Shown here: in pieces, positions 59,564 to 64,000 of the stretch
Numbering within the stretch: position 1 is the stretch's first letter
How the letters are laid out: each line of letters begins with the position of its first letter
Assembly (NCBI GenBank): GCA_964651155.1
Contig: CAZYXB010000002.1
Span: 64,377 to 128,376 of the forward strand
From: an uncultured Acidobacteriota bacterium
GTDB taxonomy: Bacteria > Acidobacteriota > UBA6911
Length of the DNA: 64,000 nt
Direction of reading: 5' to 3'
Notes under the pieces: generated by a model
What the model was told of the DNA's origin: nothing
The model's input: only the letters and a program-made list of their open reading frames with translations
Database searches by the model: none
Position numbers and translations under genes: made by a program

Positions 59564-61816
59564 CTACGGTTCCTCCGGCCCGGATTCCGTAAGGGTCTCG
59601 ATGTAGAGGTGCCTCCGCTTATACGGCGTGGAATCGGGGGACGCGTACCGCTTCGTCCGTGATGATTGGAATGCCTCCACCGGCCGGCCGGCCAGGATCT
59701 CCCCCATGAACTCGATCCAGACCGGGAGCGCCACAACGCTCCCGGACTGCCGGCGCCCGAGGGGTCGATTCCGGTCGTGCCCGATCCAGACGGCCGCGGT
59801 GATCGAGGGCGAAAATCCCACAAACCAGGCATCGGTGAAGTCATCGGTGGTCCCCGTCTTCCCTCCCAGGGGCCGGCCGAGGGTGGCGGCCGCCTTCGCC
59901 GTGCCGCTGGCGACCACCTCCTGCAGCAGGTCGAGTATCTCCCCGGCGATCCCGGGTTCGAGAACCCGCTGGGTGGCCGGACGGGTCTCCTCCTTCGTGC
60001 GGTGGTCGTAGTCCTCGACTTCGCGTATGAAGTACGGGGTCGCCCGGATCCCGAGGTTGGGAAACACGGTGTAGGCCGAGGCCATTTCCAGGGGCGTCGC
60101 CTCGGCCGCGCCGATGGCCAGGGAAAGGTACGGTTTCATGGGGCCCGACAGCCCGAAGCGCCGGGCCATGCGCACCACGTTCTCGATGCCGATCGCCTCG
60201 GCCACCCTGACGGTGGGGACGTTCCTCGATTCGACCAGGGCCTGCCCGACCGTGACCTCCCCCTTGAACTCCCCGTCGTAGTTGAGCGGGCGCCACGGGC
60301 GCCCGAGTCCGTCGACGAGCAGATAGGGCGTGTCCTGGACCGTGCTTTCCCGGGTGAACCCCTTCTCGAAGGCAGCGGCGTAGACCAGCGGTTTTATGGT
60401 GGAGCCCACCTGGCGCATGGCCTGGGTGGCGCGGTTGAACTCGCTCGACTGGAAATCGTATCCGCCCGCCATGGCCCGGATTGCGCCGGTCCTGTTGTCG
60501 ACGGCGACTATCGCGCCGTCGACTTCCGGTTTCTGCTCGAGCGAAAGCGTGACGGTGCGGTCCTTCTCGTCGACAATGTGAATCCGGAACCAGGCGAGAT
60601 CGCCCGGTTTCAGAATATCCGAAGGCCCTGCGGCCCCGGTCCAGCGGATCTGCTCGGGCCCGATCCTGCCGCTATAGTCCCCGATCCTGACCTGCGCTTC
60701 GGCCGCGTCCGATTCCGTGATCAGCCCGACGGCCATCCGGTCCGCCGCCGGGGGCGTGCGCCAGCTCGGGTGGGCGTAGGGCGCCGTGTTGGGAGCCGCG
60801 GGCTCCCCGACGGTGCCCACCGGCCCGCGCCATCCGTGTCGTTTGTCGAAGGCTTCCAGACCGCCCACCAGGGCACGGTGCGCGGCTTGCTGCATCGAGG
60901 CGTCCAGGGTCGTGTATACCCGCAGCCCCCGCCTCCAGATTTCATCGGTCGAATAGCGCTCCGCGAGGTATTTCCGGACGTGCTCGAGGAAATGGGCCGC
61001 GGGTATTTCCGCGCCGCCCCCCTCTTGCTTCAGGACCAGCGGTTGTGTTTTGGCGCTCGCCGCCAGATCCCGGGAGATCATTCCCTCCTCGGCCATCCTG
61101 TCGAGGACGAAATTCCTCCGCGCGACGGCCGAGGCGGGATGCAGCCGGGGGGAAAACCTGGAGGGGTTGCTCGGAAGCCCCGCGATCAGGGCGCATTCCT
61201 GGAGATTCAGATCCCCGAGCTTCTTCCCGAAGTAGCTGTCGGCCGCGGCCGCGACCCCGTAGATGCCGTGCCCCATCGGGTGCAGGTTGCAGTAGAGGGC
61301 GAAAATCTGCTGCTTGGTGTAGATGGCCTCGATCTTCCGGGCAATCAGGACCTCCTTGATCTTGCGGTCGTAGGTCTTTTCGTTGCTGAGCAGAAGCATG
61401 CGCGACAGCTGCTGCGTGATGGTGCTGGCCCCCTTGCCGACGGGAAAGCTACGCCGGATGAGGTCCTTGGCCACGGCCCGGAGGATCGACACGTAGTCGA
61501 TCCCGGAGTGGCTGAAAAACTGCGTGTCCTCGGTTGCCAGGATGGCCGCCCGGAGATGCTGTGGGATGGCCTCGTACGGCACGACCATGCGCCGCTCGAT
61601 GCAGAGCTCCCCGATCACGCTGTTGTCGTCGGCATAGACCTCGGTGATGACGTCCGGGCGGTAGTCCTCCAGGCTCTGGACGTCGGGGATGTTGAAGGCA
61701 TAGCCGGCGAGGATGCCCGCAGCCGCGCCGGCCAGGGCCGCCAGCAGGATGCCCGCCGCGAGGCAAGCCCGGCGATGCGCCCGACGGCCGGCCGATGGGT
61801 CCAGTCTCGAAACCAT
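59564..61816 (-). CDS. mrcA: Penicillin-binding protein 1A (bifunctional glycosyltransferase/transpeptidase)
   Basis: GT51 motifs (EDTQFFSHSGIDY, GASTITQQL) and transpeptidase SxxK (STIKP), SxN and KTG motifs. The ATG at 61816 gives a short tail plus TM. An upstream TTG at 61888 would add a poly-Lys tail encoded by a T9 tract. Confidence 0.85.
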   Translation of the reverse strand: MVSRLDPSAGRRAHRRACLAAGILLAALAGAAAGILAGYAFNIPDVQSLEDYRPDVITEVYADDNSVIGELCIERRMVVPYEAIPQHLRAAILATEDTQFFSHSGIDYVSILRAVAKDLIRRSFPVGKGASTITQQLSRMLLLSNEKTYDRKIKEVLIARKIEAIYTKQQIFALYCNLHPMGHGIYGVAAAADSYFGKKLGDLNLQECALIAGLPSNPSRFSPRLHPASAVARRNFVLDRMAEEGMISRDLAASAKTQPLVLKQEGGGAEIPAAHFLEHVRKYLAERYSTDEIWRRGLRVYTTLDASMQQAAHRALVGGLEAFDKRHGWRGPVGTVGEPAAPNTAPYAHPSWRTPPAADRMAVGLITESDAAEAQVRIGDYSGRIGPEQIRWTGAAGPSDILKPGDLAWFRIHIVDEKDRTVTLSLEQKPEVDGAIVAVDNRTGAIRAMAGGYDFQSSEFNRATQAMRQVGSTIKPLVYAAAFEKGFTRESTVQDTPYLLVDGLGRPWRPLNYDGEFKGEVTVGQALVESRNVPTVRVAEAIGIENVVRMARRFGLSGPMKPYLSLAIGAAEATPLEMASAYTVFPNLGIRATPYFIREVEDYDHRTKEETRPATQRVLEPGIAGEILDLLQEVVASGTAKAAATLGRPLGGKTGTTDDFTDAWFVGFSPSITAAVWIGHDRNRPLGRRQSGSVVALPVWIEFMGEILAGRPVEAFQSSRTKRYASPDSTPYKRRHLYIETLTESGPEEP

Positions 61817-61924
61817 GACCGCATTATACAGCTTCGCGGACACCGGCACACGTCCCGGCCCGCGGGCGCGTTTTTTTTTGGCTCCCAATCCCGCCTTGCC
61901 GTTAGGTAGTCAGGAGGATCAACC

Positions 61925-62314
61925 ATGGGAACACTGAACAAGGTACTGCTGGTCGGACGGCTGGGCGCCGATCCGGAGGAGCGGGCGACCGCGGGCGGAA
62001 CGTGCGTGTCGAGTTTCAGCCTGGCCACGGACACCTATCGCGGCGCCGATGAGGACAAGGCGACGGAATGGCACCGGATTGTCGCGTTCGGGAAGGTGGC
62101 CGAGCAGTGCAACCGGTATCTGCACAAGGGCAGGCTCGTGTGCGTCGAAGGGCACCTGGAAACCAGGGCCTGGGAGAAATCGCCGGGCGACAGGCGGTAC
62201 GTCACGCACATCGTCGCTTCGGGCGTCTCCTTCCTCGATGCCGGCGGATCGGAGAATCCGCCCGGTCAGGAGATGGAGGAGGTCGACTGCGAGGGGCAGG
62301 CCGCGCCCTTCTGA
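61925..62314 (+). CDS. ssb: Single-stranded DNA-binding protein
   Basis: OB-fold LNKVLLVGRLGADPE...WHRIVAFGK. AGGAGGA RBS. The 129-aa protein ends AAPF. Confidence 0.9.
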   Translation: MGTLNKVLLVGRLGADPEERATAGGTCVSSFSLATDTYRGADEDKATEWHRIVAFGKVAEQCNRYLHKGRLVCVEGHLETRAWEKSPGDRRYVTHIVASGVSFLDAGGSENPPGQEMEEVDCEGQAAPF

Positions 62315-62445
62315 AGCACGGAATGCGCCGGCGACCGCGCCGGGGTTCGGGGACCGTCGCTTCGGCCCTGGCGCGGGATGCCTGGCGGCGGCATTTGATA
62401 TCGGGCCGCCCCTTCCTGTATCCTACCATCTGGCAGGGCGGAACG

Positions 62446-63597
62446 ATGCGCTACGATTTCGACGCGGTCCCCCGGCGCAGGGGAACCGACAGCGTCAAAT
62501 GGGGACTCTATCCCGAGGATGTGATCCCTCTCTGGGTCGCGGACATGGATTTCGTGTCCGCGGCGCCCATCCTCGAGGCCTTGCGCGAGCGGACCGACCA
62601 TGGGGTGTTCGGCTACAGCCGCCCCTGTCCGGAACTCGCCGGATGTATCCTGGACCGGATGCGGCGGTTGTACGGCTGGGAGATTGCGGCGCCCGACATC
62701 GTCTACATCCCGGGGGTCGTCTCCGGCCTGAACATCGCCTTCGAGGCATTCGCATCCCCCGGGGAAGGGATCCTGGCGCAGCCGCCGGTCTATGGCCACT
62801 TTCTCAGGGATCCGGTCTCCCGCGGGCGGGTTCTGCGGGGTGCCCCGCTGGTCCGCCGGGGCGATTCTTACGAAATCGATCCGGACCTCCTCGAGCATGC
62901 CATCACCACCGACACGAAACTGTTCGTTCTGTGCAATCCGCACAACCCCGTCGGGCGGGCCTTCACCCGGCCGGAACTGGAGACGATCGCCGATGTCTGC
63001 CTCCGCCACGGCCTGGTCATCTGTTCCGACGAGATCCACTGCGACCTCGTCTACCCCCCCCACCGGCACATCCCCATCGCCGTGCTCAGCCCCGAGGTCG
63101 AAGCATGCACCGTCACCCTCATGGCCCCGAGCAAGACTTACAACATCGCCGGCCTCGGGTGCGCTTTTGCCCTCATCCGGAACCCGCGGCTGCGCGCGCG
63201 CTGGGACCGCGCCGCCTCCGGGATCGTTCCATGGGTGACTGTCATGGGACATGTCGCGGCGTCCGCCGCCTACCGGCACGGCCAGGAATGGCTCGATCAG
63301 GTGCTGGCCTACCTGGTGCGGAACAGGGATTATGTGCATGATTTCGTGGGAGATGCCCTGCCGGGGGTTTCGATGTGCCGCGTGGAGGCCACCTACCTGG
63401 CATGGCTCGACTGTTCGGAGGCGGGCCTGGGGCGCCACCCCTTCCGCTTTTTCCTCGACCGGGCGCGTGTGGCTCTGAACGACGGTGCGCAGTTCGGGGA
63501 GGGCTACGGCCAGTTCGTCCGGCTCAATTTCGCCTGCCCCCGCACGGTTCTCCAGGAAGCGCTTTGCCGAATGGCGGAAGCCCTGCGTTGCATCTGA
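62446..63597 (+). CDS. PLP-dependent C-S lyase / aminotransferase class I-II (MalY/PatB-like cystathionine beta-lyase)
   Basis: Start MRYDFDAVPRRRGTDSVKW is a canonical PatB/MalY N-terminus. PLP-Lys region SKTYNIAGL. The ORF-track start at 62068 (shadow fusion with upstream sequence) is rejected. Confidence 0.8.
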   Translation: MRYDFDAVPRRRGTDSVKWGLYPEDVIPLWVADMDFVSAAPILEALRERTDHGVFGYSRPCPELAGCILDRMRRLYGWEIAAPDIVYIPGVVSGLNIAFEAFASPGEGILAQPPVYGHFLRDPVSRGRVLRGAPLVRRGDSYEIDPDLLEHAITTDTKLFVLCNPHNPVGRAFTRPELETIADVCLRHGLVICSDEIHCDLVYPPHRHIPIAVLSPEVEACTVTLMAPSKTYNIAGLGCAFALIRNPRLRARWDRAASGIVPWVTVMGHVAASAAYRHGQEWLDQVLAYLVRNRDYVHDFVGDALPGVSMCRVEATYLAWLDCSEAGLGRHPFRFFLDRARVALNDGAQFGEGYGQFVRLNFACPRTVLQEALCRMAEALRCI

Positions 63598-63807
63598 GTA
63601 TTCCTTGTGGTATGCTCTGACACTTACGGCAAATAGGCCAGAGCGATGGTTTCGTACGGTTTGACGCGCGGATACGGCGGTCCGCGAGGCGGCGACACGA
63701 CCGATGCCGCATCCGCCGGATCCCGGTCCCCGCTCGCCTGAAGACTGGAATGCCCCGCCTTCGGTTCCTATTCGACTGGTATAAAGTGTTGTAGCAAGTC
63801 TATTCGC

Positions 63808-63836
63808 TTGACAGGATTCCGGCCGTTTGCTATATT
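63808..63836 (+). promoter_or_regulatory. Sigma70-type promoter of the rpsL (str) operon
   Basis: TTGACA, 17 nt, TATATT, about 100 nt upstream of the rpsL start. Confidence 0.5.
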
Positions 63837-63937
63837 CGTCGGGTTTTTCGCAGAATCAGGATGGCGGGCCAAGCGGCGGTATGTTGCCGTGCGGTTGCCC
63901 GTCATGCAGGGATATACCCAGATAAGGAGAGCAGGGT

Positions 63938-64000
63938 TTGCCGACCTTCAATCAGTTGGTACGACATGGCCGGAAAGCGGTTCGTTTCAAGACGAAGAGT
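63938..64000 (+). CDS. rpsL: 30S ribosomal protein S12, 5' end. TTG start; the gene continues beyond the window end.
   Basis: TTG CCG ACC TTC AAT CAG TTG GTA CGA CAT GGC CGG AAA translates to (M)PTFNQLVRHGRKAVRFKTKS, the conserved S12 N-terminus. AAGGAGA RBS 8 nt upstream. Not in the ORF track because there is no stop within the window. Confidence 0.7.
   Translation, partial: MPTFNQLVRHGRKAVRFKTKS

Overview
This is a GC-rich (about 67%) bacterial chromosomal segment, probably from an Acidobacteria-like organism. Support for that placement: two 'VWFA-related acidobacterial domain' proteins, the bacillithiol gene bshC, and Gram-negative envelope genes (lptD, kdtA/kdsB, ompA-like). Most of the window is core housekeeping: argG, manC, rqcH, ffs-dnaX-recR, moaDE-folK-lptD, the gap-pgk-tpiA-secG-tRNALeu operon, a phosphorelay/c-di-GMP signalling cluster, a long minus-strand operon (kdsB-kdtA-nudix-murI-two acyl-CoA dehydrogenases-NrtR-like regulator), acnA, an amgK/murU-like cell-wall recycling pair, asd, aceE, mpg, DAHP synthase, argS, larC, ispB-like, PBP1A, ssb, patB-like and the start of rpsL. 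The clearest accessory region is a lower-GC island at about 33.3-40.3 kb. It holds an ankyrin-repeat/zinc-ribbon protein, a cytoplasmic protein fused to a Fibrobacter-type FISUMP domain, and three tandem paralogous outer-membrane beta-barrel genes with very acidic loops that share a conserved leader motif and hairpin terminators. An IS1634/IS4-family transposase remnant is truncated by a roughly 289-bp near-identical segmental duplication between the second and third OMP genes. No CRISPR array, prophage or recognisable defence system was found. Many long ORFs in the six-frame track are antisense shadow ORFs typical of high-GC DNA and were not called.
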